Origin: Eledone cirrhosa
Taxonomy: Eukaryota
NCBI GenBank assembly: GCA_964016885.1
Contig: OZ024744.1
Location: 6,572,001 to 6,636,000 of the forward strand
Reading direction: 5' to 3'
DNA length: 64,000 nucleotides
How positions within the stretch are numbered: the stretch's first letter is position 1; the number at the start of each line of letters is the position of its first letter. Shown one piece after another: positions 12,651 to 26,600 of the stretch. The notes beneath the pieces were generated by a model that did not search any database, was not told the origin of the DNA, and was given only the letters and a program-made list of their open reading frames with translations. The translations under genes were made by a program, and so were the position numbers.

Positions 12651-15435
12651 GTAACGGTTATGTCTAGTGCAGTATTGCACTGAGGTAGGTGTTGTGCAGT
12701 AACGGTTATTTCTACTGCAGTATTGCACTGATGTAGGTGTGGTGCAGTAACGGTTATGTCTACTGCAGTATTGCACTGATGTAGGTGTGGTGCAGTAACG
12801 GTTATGTCTACTGCTGTATTGCACTGATGTAGGTGTGGTGAAGTAGCGGTTATTTCTACAGCAGTATTGCACTGATGTAAATGTGGTGCACTAACGGTTA
12901 TGTATACTGCAGTGTTGCACTGAGGTAGTTGTGATGCAGTAACGGTTATGTCTACTGCAATATTGCACTAGTTAGGTGTGGTGCAGTAACGATTATGTCT
13001 ACTGCAGTATTGCACTGATGTAGGTGTGGTGCAGTAACGGTTATTCTACTGCAGTATTGCACTGATGTAGGTGTGGTGCAGTAACGGTTATTTCTACCGC
13101 AGTATTGCACTGATGTAGGTGTGGTGCAGTAATGGTTATGTCTACTGCAGTATTGCACTGATGTAGGTGTGGTGCAGTAACGGTTATGTCTACTGCAATA
13201 TTACACTGATGTAGGTGTGGTGCAGTAACGATTATGTCGACTGCAGTATTGCACTGAGGTAGGTGTGGTGCAGTAACAGTTATTTCTACTGCAGTATTCC
13301 AATGAGGTAGGTGTGGTACAGTAACGGTTATGTGTACTGAAGTATTGCACTGATGTAGGTGTGGTGCAGTAACGGTTATGTCTACTGCAGTATTGCACTG
13401 ATGTAGGTGTGGTGCAGTAACAGTTATGTCTACTGCAGTATTGCACTGATGTAGGTGTGGTGCTGTAAAGGTTATGTCAATTGCAGTATTGCACTGATGT
13501 AGGTCTGGTGCAGTAACGGTTATGTCTACTGCATTATTGCACTGATGTAGATGTGGTGCAGTAACGGTTATGTCTACTGCAGTATTGCACTGAGATAGGT
13601 GTGGTACAGTAACGGTTATTTCTACTGCAGTATTGCACTGATGTAGATGTGGTGCATTAACGGTTATGTCTACTGCAGTATTGCACTGATGTAGGTGTGG
13701 TGCAGTAACAGTTATGTCTACTGAAGTATTGCACTGATGTAGATGTGGTGCACTAACGGTTATATATACTGCAGTATTGCACTGAGGTAGTTGTGGTGCA
13801 GTGACGGTTATGTTTATTGCAGTATTGCACTGAGGTAGGTGTGGTGCAGTAACGGTTATTTCTGCTGCAGTATTGCACTGATGTAGTTGTGGTGGAGTAA
13901 CGGTTATGTCTACTGCAGTATTGCACTGAGGTAAATGTGGTGCAGTAACGGTTATGTCTACTGCATTATTGTACTGATGTAGGTGTGGTGCAGTAACGGT
14001 TATGTCTACTGCAGTATTGCACTTAGGTAGGTGTGGTGCAGTAACAGTTATGTCTACTGCAGTATTGCACTTAGGTAGGTGTGGTGCAGTAACGGTTATG
14101 TCTACTGCAGTATTGCACTGATGTAGGTGTGGTGCAGTAACGGATATTTCTACTGCAGTATTGCACTTAGGTAGGTGTGGTGCAGTAACGGTTATGTCTA
14201 CTGCAGTATTGCACTGATGTAGGTGTGGTGCAGTAACGGTTATGTCTTCTGCAGTATTGCACTGAGTTAGGTGTGGTGCAGTAACGATTATGTCGACTGC
14301 AGTATTACACTGATGTAGGTGTGGTGCAGTAACGGTTATGTCTACTGCAGTATTGCACTGATGTAGGTGTAGTGCAGTAACGGTTATGTCTACTGCAGTA
14401 TTGCACTGATGTAGGTGTGGTGCTGTAACGGTTATGTCTATTGCAGTATTGCACTGAGGTAGGTGTGGTGCAGTAACGGTTATGTCTACTGCAGTATTGC
14501 ACTGATGTAGGTATGGTGCAGTAACGGTTATGTCTACTGCAGTATTGCACTGATGTAGGTGTGGTGCAGTAACGGTTATGTCTACTGCTGTATTGCACTG
14601 ATGTAGGTGTGGTGCAGTAACGGTTATGTCTACCGGATTATTGCACTGATGTAGGTGTGTTGCAGTAACGGTTATGTCTAGTGCAGTATTGCACTGAGGT
14701 AGGTGTTGTGCAGTAACGGTTATTTCTACTGCAGTATTGCACTGATGTAGGTGTGGTGCAGTAACGGTTATGTCTACTGCAGTATTGCACTGATGTAGGT
14801 GTGGTGCAGTAACGGTTATGTCTACTGCTGTATTGCACTGATGTAGGTGTGGTGAAGTAGCGGTTATTTCTACAGCAGTATTGCACTGATGTAAATGTGG
14901 TGCACTAACGGTTATGTATACTGCAGTGTTGCACTGAGGTAGTTGTGATGCAGTAACGGTTATGTCTACTGCAATATTGCACTAGTTAGGTGTGGTGCAG
15001 TAACGATTATGTCTACTGCAGTATTGCACTGATGTAGGTGTGGTGCAGTAACGGTTATTCTACTGCAGTATTGCACTGATGTAGGTGTGGTGCAGTAACG
15101 GTTATTTCTACTGCAGTATTGCACTGATGTAGGTGTGGTGCAGTAACGGTTATGTCTACTGCAGTATTGCACTGATGTAGGTGTGGTGCAGTAACGGTTA
15201 TGTCTACTGCAATATTACACTGATGTAGGTGAGGTGCAGTAACGATTATGTCGACTGCAGTATTGCACTGAGGTAGGTGTGGTGCAGTAACAGTTATTTC
15301 TACTGCAGTATTCCAATGAGGTAGGTGTGGTACAGTAACGGTTATGTGTACTGAAGTATTGCACTGATGTAGGTGTGGTGCAGTAACGGTTATGTCTACT
15401 GCAGTATTGCACTGATGTAGGTGTGGTGCAGTAAC
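11346..15435 (+). repeat. Tandem duplication, period 2014 bp (42 monomers - 2 bp)
   Basis: ORFs 12291/14305, 12624/14638, 12952/14966 and 13201/15215 are all offset by 2014. Shared variants: ggtctgg, taccggatt, atgtgtactgaag. Confidence 0.9.
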
Positions 15436-17111
15436 GGTTATGTCTACTGCAGTATTGCACTGATGTAGGTGTGGTGCAGTAACGGTTATGTCTACTGCAT
15501 TATTGTACTGATGTAGGTGTGGTGCAGTAACGGTTATGTCTAGTGCAGTATTGCACTGAGGTAGGTGTGGTGCAGTAACGGTTATTTCTACAGCAGTATT
15601 GCACTGATGTAGATGTGGTGCACTAACGGTTATGTCTACTGCAGTGTTGCACTGAGGTAGTTGTGGTGCAGTAACGGTTATGTCTACTGCAATATTGCAC
15701 TAGGTAGGTGTGGTGCAGTAACGATTATGTCTACTGCAGTATAGCACTGATGTAGGTGTGGTGCAGTAACGGTTATTCTACTGCAGTATTGCACTGATGT
15801 AGGTGTGGTGCAGTAACGGTTATTTCTACTGCAGTATTGCACTGATGTAGGTGTGGTGCATTAACGGTTATGTCTACTGCAGTATTGCACTGATGTAGGT
15901 GTGGTGCAGTAACGGTTATGTCTACTGCATTATTGCACTGATGTAGGTATGGTGCAGTAACGGTTTTGTCTACTGCAGTATTACACTGATGTAGGTGTGG
16001 TGCAGTAACGGTTATGTCTACTGCAGTATTGCACTGATGTAGGTGTAGTGCAGTAACGGCTATGTCTACTGCAGTATTGCACTGATGTAGGTGTGGTGCT
16101 GTAACGGTTATGTCTATTGCAGTATTACACTGAGGTAGGTGTGGTGCAGTATCGGTTATGTCTACTGCAGTATTGCACTGATGTAGGTGTGGTGCAGTAA
16201 CGGTTATGTCTACTGCATTATTGCACTGATGTAGGTGTGGTGCAGTAACGGTTATGTCTACTGCAGTATTACACTGATGTAGGTGTGGTGCAGTAACGGT
16301 TATGTCTACTGCAGTATTGCACTGATGTAGATGTACTGCAGTAACGGTTATGTCTACTGCAGTATTGCACTGATGTAGGTGTGGTGCTGTAACGGTTATG
16401 TCTATTGCAGTATTGCACTGAGGTAGGTGTGGTGCAGTAACGGTTATGTATACTGCAGTATTGCACTGATGTAGCTATGGTGCAGTAACGGTTATGTCAA
16501 CTGCATTATTGCACTGATGTAGGTGTGGTGCAGTAACGGTTATGTCTAGTGCAGTATTGCACTGAGGTAGGTGTGGTGCAGTAACGGTTATTTCTACTGC
16601 AGTATTGCACTGATGTAGGTGTGGTGCAGTAACGGTTATGTCTACTGTAGTATTGAACTGAGGTAGGTGTGGTGCAGTACGGTTAAATCTACTGCAGTAT
16701 TGCACTGATGTAGGTGTGGTGCAGTACGGTTAAATCTACTGCATTATTGCACTGATGTAGGTGTAGTGCTGTAACGGTTATGTCTACTGCAGTATTGCAC
16801 TGATGTAGGTGTGGTGCAGTAACGGTTATGTCTACTGCAGTATTGCACTGATGTAGGTGTGGTGCAGTACGGTTAAATCTACTGCAGTATTGCACTGATG
16901 TAGGTGTGGTGCAGTAGCGGTTATTTCTACTGCAGTATTGCACTGATGTAGATGTGGTGCACTAACGGTTATATATACTGCAGTATTGCACTGAGGTAGT
17001 TGTGGTGCAGTAACGGTTATGTCTACTGCAATGTTGCACTAGTTAGGTGTGGTGCAGTAACGATTATGTCTACTGCAGTATTGCACTGATGTAGGTGTGG
17101 TGCAGTAACAG

Positions 17112-19265
17112 TTATGTCTACTGCAGTATTGCACTGATGTACGTGTGGTGCAGTAACGGTTATGTCTATTGCAGTATTGCACTGAGGTAGGTGTGGTGCA
17201 GTAACGGTTATTTCTACGGCAGTATTGCACTGATGTAGTTGTGGTGCAGTAACGGTTATGTCTACTGCAGTATTGCACTGATGTAGGTGTGGTGCTGTAA
17301 AGATTATGTCTATTGCAGTATTGCACTGATGTAGGTGTGGTGCAGTAACGGTTATGTCTACTGCATTATTGCACTGATGTAGATGTGTTGCAGTAACGGT
17401 TATGTCTACTGCAGTATTGCACTGAGATAGGTGTGGTACAGTAACGGTTATTTCTACTGCAGTATTGCACTGATGTAGATGTGGTGCATTAACGGTTATG
17501 TCTACTGCAGTATTGCACTGATGTAGGTGTGGTGCAGTAACAGTTATGTCTACTGAAGTATTGCACTGATGTAGATGTGGTGCACTAACGGTTATATATA
17601 CTGCAGTATTGCACTGAGGTAGTTGTGGTGCAGTGACGGTTATGTCTATTGCAGTATTGCACTGAGGTAGGTGTGGTGCAGTAACGGTTATTTCTGCTGC
17701 AGTGTTGCACTGATGTAGTTGTGGTGCAGTAACGGTTATGTCTACTGCAGTATTGCACTGAGGTAAATGTGGTGCAGTAACGGTTATGTCTACTGCATTA
17801 TTGTACTGATGTAGGTGTGGTGCAGTAACGGTTATGTCTACTGCAGTATTGCACTTACGTAGGTGTGGTGCAGTAACAGTTATGTCTACTGCAGTATTGC
17901 ACTTAGGTAGGTGTGGTGCAGTAACGGTTATGTCTACTGCAGTATTGCACTGATGTAGGTGTGGTGCAGTAACGGATATTTCTACTGCAGTATTGCACTG
18001 ATGTAGGTGTGGTGCAGTAACGGTTATATCTACTGCAGTATGGCACTGATGTAGGTGTGGTGCAGTAACGGTTATGTCTACTGCAGTATTCCAATGATGT
18101 AGGTGTGGTGGAGTACGGTTAAATCTACTGCAGTATTGCACTGATGTAGGTGTGGTGCAGTAACAGTTATGTCTACTGCAGTATTGCACTGATGTAGGTG
18201 TGGTGCATTAACGGTTATGTCTACTGCAGTATTGCACTGATGTACGTGTGGTGCAGTAACGGTTATGTCTATTGCAGTATTGCACTGAGGTAGGTGTGGT
18301 GCAGTAACGGTTATTTCTACGGCAGTATTGCACTGATGTAGTTGTGGTGCAGTAACGGTTATGTCTACTGCAGTATTGCACTGATGTAGGTGTGGTGCTG
18401 TAAAGATTATGTCTATTGCAGTATTGCACTGATGTAGGTGTGGTGCAGTAACGGTTATGTCTACTGCATTATTGCACTGATGTAGATGTGGTGCAGTAAC
18501 GGTTATGTCTACTGCAGTATTGCACTGAGATAGGTGTGGTACAGTAACGGTTATTTCTACTGCAGTATTGCACTGATGTAGATGTGGTGCATTAACGGTT
18601 ATGTCTACTGCAGTATTGCACTGATGTAGGTGTGGTGCAGTAACAGTTATGTCTACTGAAGTATTGCACTGATGTAGATGTGGTGCACTAACGGTTATAT
18701 ATACTGCAGTATTGCACTGAGGTAGTTGTGGTGCAGTGACGGTTATGTCTATTGCAGTATTGCACTGAGGTAGGTGTGGTGCAGTAACGGTTATTTCTGC
18801 TGCTGTATTGCACTGATGTAGTTGTGGTGCAGTAACGGTTATGTCTACTGCAGTATTGCACTGAGGTAAATGTGGTGCAGTAACGGTTATGTCTACTGCA
18901 TTATTGTACTGATGTAGGTGTGGTGCAGTAACGGTTATGTCTACTGCAGTATTGCACTTACGTAGGTGTGGTGCAGTAACAGTTATGTCTACTGCAGTAT
19001 TGCACTTAGGTAGGTGTGGTGCAGTAACGGTTATGTCTACTGCAGTATTGCACTGATGTAGGTGTGGTGCAGTAACGGATATTTCTACTGCAGTATTGCA
19101 CTGATGTAGGTGTGGTGCAGTAACGGTTATATCTACTGCAGTATGGCACTGATGTAGGTGTGGTGCAGTAACGGTTATGTCTACTGCAGTATTCCAATGA
19201 TGTAGGTGTGGTGGAGTACGGTTAAATCTACTGCAGTATTGCACTGATGTAGGTGTGGTGCAGTA
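17112..19265 (+). repeat. Tandem duplication, period 1103 bp (23 monomers - 1 bp)
   Basis: ORFs 17903/19006 and ORF ends 17326/18429 and 18189/19292 are offset by 1103. Shared variants: cacttacg, aaagatt, ggagtacggttaaatc. Confidence 0.9.
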
Positions 19266-20699
19266 GCGGTTATTTCTACTGCAGTATTGCACTGATGTAG
19301 ATGTGGTGCACTAACGGTTATATATACTGTAGTATTGCACTGAGGTAGTTGTAGTGCAGTAACGGTTATGTCTACTGCAATATTGCATTAGGTAGGTGTT
19401 GTGCAGTAACGATTATGTCTACTGCAGTATTGCACTGATGTAGGTGTGGTGCAGTAACGGTTATGTCTACTGCAGTATTGCACTGATGTACGTGTGGTGC
19501 AGTGACGGTTATGTCTATTGCAGTATTGCACTGAGGTAGGTGTGGTGCAGTAACGGTTATTTCTGCTGCAGTATTGCACTGATGTAGTTGTGGTGCAGTA
19601 ACGGTTATGTCTACTGCATTATTGTACTGATGTAGTTGTGGTGCAGTAACGGTTATGTCTACTGCAGTATTGCACTTAGGTAGGTGTGGTGCAGTAACAG
19701 TTATGTCTAATGCAGTATTGCACTTAGGTAGGTGTGGTGCAGTAACGGTTATGTCTACTGCAGTATTGCACTGATGTAGGTGTGGTGCAGTAACGGATAT
19801 TTCTACTGCAGTATTGCACTTAGGTAGGTGTGGTGCAGTAACGGTTATGTCTACTGCAGTATTGTACTGATGTAGGTGTGGTGCAGTAACGGTTATGTCT
19901 ACTGCAGTATTGCACTGATGTAGGTGTGGTGCAGTAACGGTTATGTCTACTGCAGTATTGCACTGATGTAGGTGTGGTGCAGTAACAGTTATTTCTACTG
20001 CAGTATTCCACTGAGGTAGGTGTGGTGCAGTAACGGTTATGTCTACTGAAGTATTGCACTGATGTAGGTGTGGTGCAGTAACGGTTATGTCTACTGCAGT
20101 ATTGCACTGAGGTAGGTGTGGTGCAGTAACGGTTATGTCTACTGCAATATTGCACTGATGTAGGTGTGGTGCAGTAACGGTTATGTCTACTGCAGTATTG
20201 CACTGATGTAGGTGTAGTGCAGTAACAGTTATGTCTACTGCAGTATTGCACTGAGGTAGGTGTGGTGCACTATCGGTTATGTCTACTGCAGTATTGCACT
20301 GATGTAGGTGTGGTGCAGTACCAGTTATATCTACTGAAGTATTGCACTGATGTAGGTGTGGTGCAGTAACGGTTATGTCTACTGCAGTATTGCACTGATG
20401 TAGGTGTGGTGCAGTAACGGTTATGTCTACTGCAGTATTGCACTGATGTAGGTGTGGTGCAGTAACAGTTATGTCTACTGCAGTATTGCACTGATGTAGG
20501 TGTGGTGCAGTAGAGGTTATGTCTACTGCAGTATTGCACTGATGTAGGTATGGTGCAGTAACGGTTATGTCTACTGTAGTATTGCACTGATGTAGGTGTG
20601 ACGCAGTAACGGATATTTCTACTGCAGTATTGCACTGAGATAGGTGTGGTGCAGTAACGGTTATGTCTACTGCAGTATTTCACTGAAGTAGGTGTGGTG

Positions 20700-23600
20700 C
20701 AGTACGGTTAAATCTACTGCAGTATTGCACTGATGTAGGTGTGGTGCAGTAGCGTTTATTTCTACTGCAGTATTGCACTGATGTAGATGTGGTGCACTAA
20801 CGGTTATATATACTGCAGTATTGCACTGAGGTAGTTGTGGTGCAGTAACGGTTATGTCTACTGCAATATTGCACTAGGTAGGTGTGGTGCAGTAACGATT
20901 ATGTCTACTGCAGTATTGCACTGATGTAGGTGTGGTGCAGTAACAGTTATGTCTACTGCAGTATTGCACTGAGGTAGGTGTGGTGCAGTATCGGTTATGT
21001 CTACTGCAGTATTGCACTGATGTAGGTGTGGTGCAGTACCAGTTATGTCTACTGAAGTATTGCACTGATGTAGGTGTGGTGCAGTAACGGTTATTTCTAC
21101 TGCAATATTGCACTGATGTAGGTGTGGTGGCGTAACGGTTATGTCTACTGCAGTATTGCACTGAGGTAGGTGTGGTGCAGTAACGATTATGTCGACTGCA
21201 GTATTGCACTGATGTAGGTGTGGTGCAGTAACGGTTATGTCTACTGCAGTATTGAACTGATGTAGGTGTGGTGCAGTAACGATTATGTCCACTGCAGTAT
21301 TGCACTGATGTAGGTGTGGTGCAGAAGAGGTTATGTCTACTGCAGTATTGCACTGATGTAGGTATGGTGCAGTAACGGTTATGTCTACTGTAGTATTGCA
21401 CTGATGTAGGTGTGATGCAGTAACGGATATGTCTACTGCAGTATTGCACTGAGATAGGTGTGGTGCAGTAACGGTTATGTCTACTGCAGTATTTCACTGA
21501 TGTAGGTGTGGTGCAGTAACGGTTAAGTCTACTGCAGTATTGCACTGAAGTAAGTGTGGTGCAGTAACGGTTATGTCTACTGCAGTATTGCACTGATGTA
21601 GGTGTGGTGCAGTAACAGTTATGTCTACTGCAGTATTGCACTGATGTAGGTGTGGTGCTGTAAAGGTTATGTCTATTGCACTATTGCACTGATGTAGGTG
21701 TGGTGCAGTAACGGTTATGTCTACTGCATTACTGCACTGACGTAGATGTGGTGCAGTAACGGTTATGTCTACTGCAGTATTGCACTGAGATAGGTGTGGT
21801 ACAGTAACGGTTATTTCTACTGCAGTATTGCACTGATGTAGATGTGGTGCATTAACGGTTATGTCTACTGCAGTATTGCACTGATGTAGGTGTGGTGCAG
21901 TACCAGTTATGTCTACTGAAGTATTGCACTGATGTAGGTGTGGTGCAGTAACGGTTATTTCTACTGCAGTATTGCACTGATGTAGGTGTGGTGCCGTAAC
22001 GGTTATGTCTACTGCAGTATTGCACTGAGGTAGGTGTGGTGCAATAACGATTATGTCGACTGCAGTATTGCACTGATGTTGGTGTGGTGCAGTAACGATT
22101 ATGTCTACTGAAGTATTGCACTGATGTAGGTGTGGTGCAGTAACGGTTATGTCTACTGCAGTATTGCACTGATGTAGGTGTGGTGCAGTAACGGTTATGT
22201 CTACTGCAGTATTCCATTGATGTAGGTGTGATGCAGTAACGGTTATGTCTACTGCAGTATTGCACTGATGTAGGTGTGGTGAAGTAGCGGTTATTTCTAC
22301 AGCAGTATTGCACTGATGTAGATGTGGTGCACTAACGGTTATGTCTAATGCAGTGTTGCACTGAGGTAGTTGTGGTGCAGTAACGGTTATGTCTACTGCA
22401 ATATTGCACTAGGTAGGTGTGGTGCAGTAACGATTATGTCTACTGCAGTATAGCACTGATGTAGGTGTGGTGCAGTAACGGTTATTCTACTGCAGTATTG
22501 CACTGATGTAGGTGTGGTGCAGTAACGGTCATTTCTACTGCAGTATTGCACTGATGTAGGTGTGGTGCAGTAACGGTTATGTCTACTGCAGTATTGCACT
22601 GATGTAGGTGTGGTGCAGTAACGGTTATGTCTACTGCATTATTGCACTGATGTAGGTATGGTGCAGTAACGGTTATGTCTACTGGAGTATTACACTGATG
22701 TAGGTGTGGTGCAGTAACGGTTATGTCTACTGCAGTATTGCACTGATGTAGGTGTAGTGCAGTAACGGCTATGTCTACTGCAGTATTGCACTGATGTAGG
22801 TGTGGTGCTGTAACGGTTATGTCTATTGCAGTATTACACTGAGGTAGGTGTGGTGCAGTATCGGTTATGTCTACTGCAGTATTGCACTGATGTAGGTGTG
22901 GTGCAGTAACGGTTATGTCTACTGCATTATTGCACTGATGTAGGTGTGGTGCAGTAACGGTTATGTCTACTGCAGTATTACACTGATGTAGGTGTGGTGC
23001 AGTAACGGTTATGTCTACTGCAGTATTGCACTGATGTAGGTGTAGTGCAGTAACGGTTATGTCTACTGCAGTATTGCACTGATGTAGGTGTGGTGCTGTA
23101 ACGGTTATGTCTATTGCAGTATTGCACTGAGGTAGGTGTGGTGCAGTAACGGTTATGTCTACTGCAGTATTGCACTGATGTAGCTATGGTGCAGTAACGG
23201 TTATGTCAACTGCATTATTGCAGTGATGTAGGTGTGGTGCAGTAACGGTTATGTCTAGTGCAGTATTGCACTGATGTAGGTGTGATGCAGTAACGGATAT
23301 GTCTACTGCAGTATTGCACTGAGATAGGTGTGGTGCAGTAACGGATATGTCTACTGCAGTATTGCACTGAGATAGGTGTGGTGCAGTAACGGTTAAGTCT
23401 ACTGCAGTATTGCACGGAAGTAAGTGTGGTGCAGTAACGGTTATGTCTACTGCAGTATTGCACTGATGTAGGTGTGGTGCAGTAACAGTTATGTCTACTG
23501 CAGTATTGCACTGATGTAGGTGTGGTGCTGTAAAGGTTATGTCTATTGCAGTATTGTACTGATGTAGGTGTGGTGCAGTAACGGTTATGTCTACTGCATT

Positions 23601-26600
23601 ATTGCACTGATGTAGATGTGGTGCAGTAACGGTTATGTCTACTGCAGTATTGCACTGAGATAGGTGTGGTGCATTAACGGTTATGTCTACTGCAGTATTG
23701 CACTGATGTAGGTGTGGTGCAGTAACAGTTATGTCTACTGAAGTATTGCACTGATGTAGATGTGGTGCACTAACGGTTATATATACTGCAGTATTGCACT
23801 GAGGTAGTTGTGGTGCAGTGACGGTTATGTCTATTGCAGTATTGCACTGAGGTAGGTGTGGTGCAGTAACGGTTATTTCTGCTGCAGTATTGCACTGATG
23901 TAGTTGTGGTGCAGTAACGGTTATGTCTACTGCAGTATTGCACTGAGGTAAATGTGGTGCAGTAACGGTTATGTCTACTGCATTATTGTACTGATGTAGG
24001 TGTGGTGCAGTAACGGTTGTGTCTACTGCAGTATTGCACTTAGGTAGGTGTGGTGCAGTAACAGTTATGTCTACTGCAGTATTGCACTTAGGTAGGTGTG
24101 GTGCAGTAACGGTTATGTCTACTGCAGTATTGCACTGATGTAGGTGTGGTGCAGTAACGGATATTTCTACTGCAGTATTGCACTTAGGTAGGTGTGGTGC
24201 AGTAACGGTTATGTCAACTGCAGTATTGCACTGATGTAGGAGTGGTGCAGTAACGGTTATGTCTACTGCAGTATTGCACTGAGTTAGGTGTGGTGCAGTA
24301 ACGATTATGTCGACTGCAGTATTACAGCTATGTAGGTGTGGTGCAGTAACGGTTATGTCTACTGCAGTATTGCACTGATGTAGGTGTAGTGCAGTAACGG
24401 TTATGTCTACTGCAGTATTGCACTGATGTAGGTGTGGTGCTGTAACGGTTATGTCTATTGCAGTAGTGCACTGAGGTAGGTGTGGTGCAGTAACGGTTAT
24501 GTCTACTGCAGTATTGCACTGATGTAGGTATGGTGCAGTAACGGTTATGTCTACTGCAGTATTGCACTGATGTAGGTGTGGTGCAGTAACGGTTATGTCT
24601 ACTGCTGTATTGCACTGATGTAGGTGTGGTGCAGTAACGGTTATGTCTACCGCATTATTGCACTGATGTAGGTGTGTTGCAGTAACGGTTATGTCTAGTG
24701 CAGTATTGCACTGAGGTAGGTGTTGTGCAGTAACGGTTATTTCTACTGCAGTATTGCACTGATGTAGGTGTGGTGCAGTAACGGTTATGTCTACTGTAGT
24801 ATTGCACTGAGGTAGGTGTGGTGCAGTAACGGTTATGTCTACTGCAGTAGTGCACTGATGTAGGTGTGGTGCAGTAACGGTTATGTCTACTGCAATATTG
24901 CACTGATGTAGGTGTGGTGCAGTACGGTTAAATCTACTGCAGTATTGCACTGATGTAGGTGTGGTGCAGTAGCGGTTATTTCTACTGCAGTATTGCACTG
25001 ATGTAGATGTGGTGCACTAACGGTTATGTCTACTGCAGTATTGCACTGATGTAGGTGTGGTGCAGTAACGGTTATGTATACTGCAATATTGCACTAGGTA
25101 GGTGTGGTGCAGTAACGGTTATGTCTACTGTAGTATTGCACTGATGTAGGTGTGACGCAGTAACGGATATGTCTACTGCAGTATTGCACTGAGATAGGTG
25201 TGGTGCAGTAACGGTTATGTCTACTGCAGTATTTCACTGAAGTAGGTGTGGTGCAGTAACGGTTAAGTCTACAGCAGTATTGCACTGAAGTAAGTGTGGT
25301 GCAGTAACGGTTATGTCTACTGCAGTATTGCACTGATATAGGTGTGGTGCAGCAACAGTTATGTCTACTGCAGTATTGCACTGATGTAGGTGTGGTGCTG
25401 TAAAGTTTATGTCTATTGCAGTATTGCACTGATGTAGGTGTGGTGCAGTAACGGTTATGTCTACTGCATCATTGCACTGATGTAGATGTGGTGCAGTAAC
25501 GGTTATGTTTACTGCAGTATTGCACTGAGATAGGTGTGGTACAGTAACGGTTATTTATACTGCAGTATTGCACTGATGTAGATGTGGTGCAGTAACGGTT
25601 ATGTCTACTGTAGTATTGCACTGAGGTAGGTGTGGTGCAGTAACGGTTATGTCTACGGCAGTATTGCACTGATGTAGGTGTGGTGCAGTAACGGTTATGT
25701 CTACTGCAGTATTGCACTGAGGTAGGTGTGGTGCAGTAACGGTTATGTCTACTGCAGTATTGCACTGATGTAGGTGTGGTGCAGTAACGGTTATGTCTAC
25801 TGCAGTATTGCACTGATGTAGGTGTGGTGCAGTAACAGTTATGTCTACTGCAGTATTGCACTGAGGTAGGTGTGGTGCAGTACCGGTTATGTCTACTGAA
25901 GTATTGCACTGATGTAGGTGTGGTGCAGTAACGGTTTTTTCTACTGCAGTATTGCACTGATGTAGGTGTGGTGCCGTAACGGTTATGTTTACTGCAGTAT
26001 TGCACTGATGTAGCTGTGGTGCAGTAACAGGTATGTCTACTGCAGTATTGCACTGATGTAGGTGTGGTGCTGTAAAGGTTATGTCTCTTGCAGTATTGCA
26101 CTGAGTTAGGTGTGGTGCAGTAATGGTATGTCTACTGCAGTATTGCACTGATATAGGTGTGGTGCAGTAACGGTTATGTCTACTGCAGTATTGCACTGAT
26201 GTAGGTGTGGTGCAGTAACGGTTATGTCTACTGCAGTATGGCACTGATGTAGGTGTGGTGCAGTACGGTTAAATCTACTGCAGTATTGCACTGATGTAGG
26301 TGTGGTGCAGTAGCGGTTATTTCTACTGCAGTATTGCACTGATGTAGATGTGGTGCACTAACGGTTATATATACTGCAGTATTGCACTGAGGTAGTTGTG
26401 GTGCAGTAACGGTTATGTCTACTGCAATATTGCACTAGGTAGGTGTGGTGCAGTAACGATTATGTCTACTGCAGTATTGCACTGATGTAGGTGTGGTGCA
26501 GTAACAGTTATGTCTACTGCAGTATTGCACTGAGGTAGGTGTGGTGCAGTATCGGTTATGTCTACTGCAGTATTGCACTGATGTAGGTGTGGTGCAGTAC

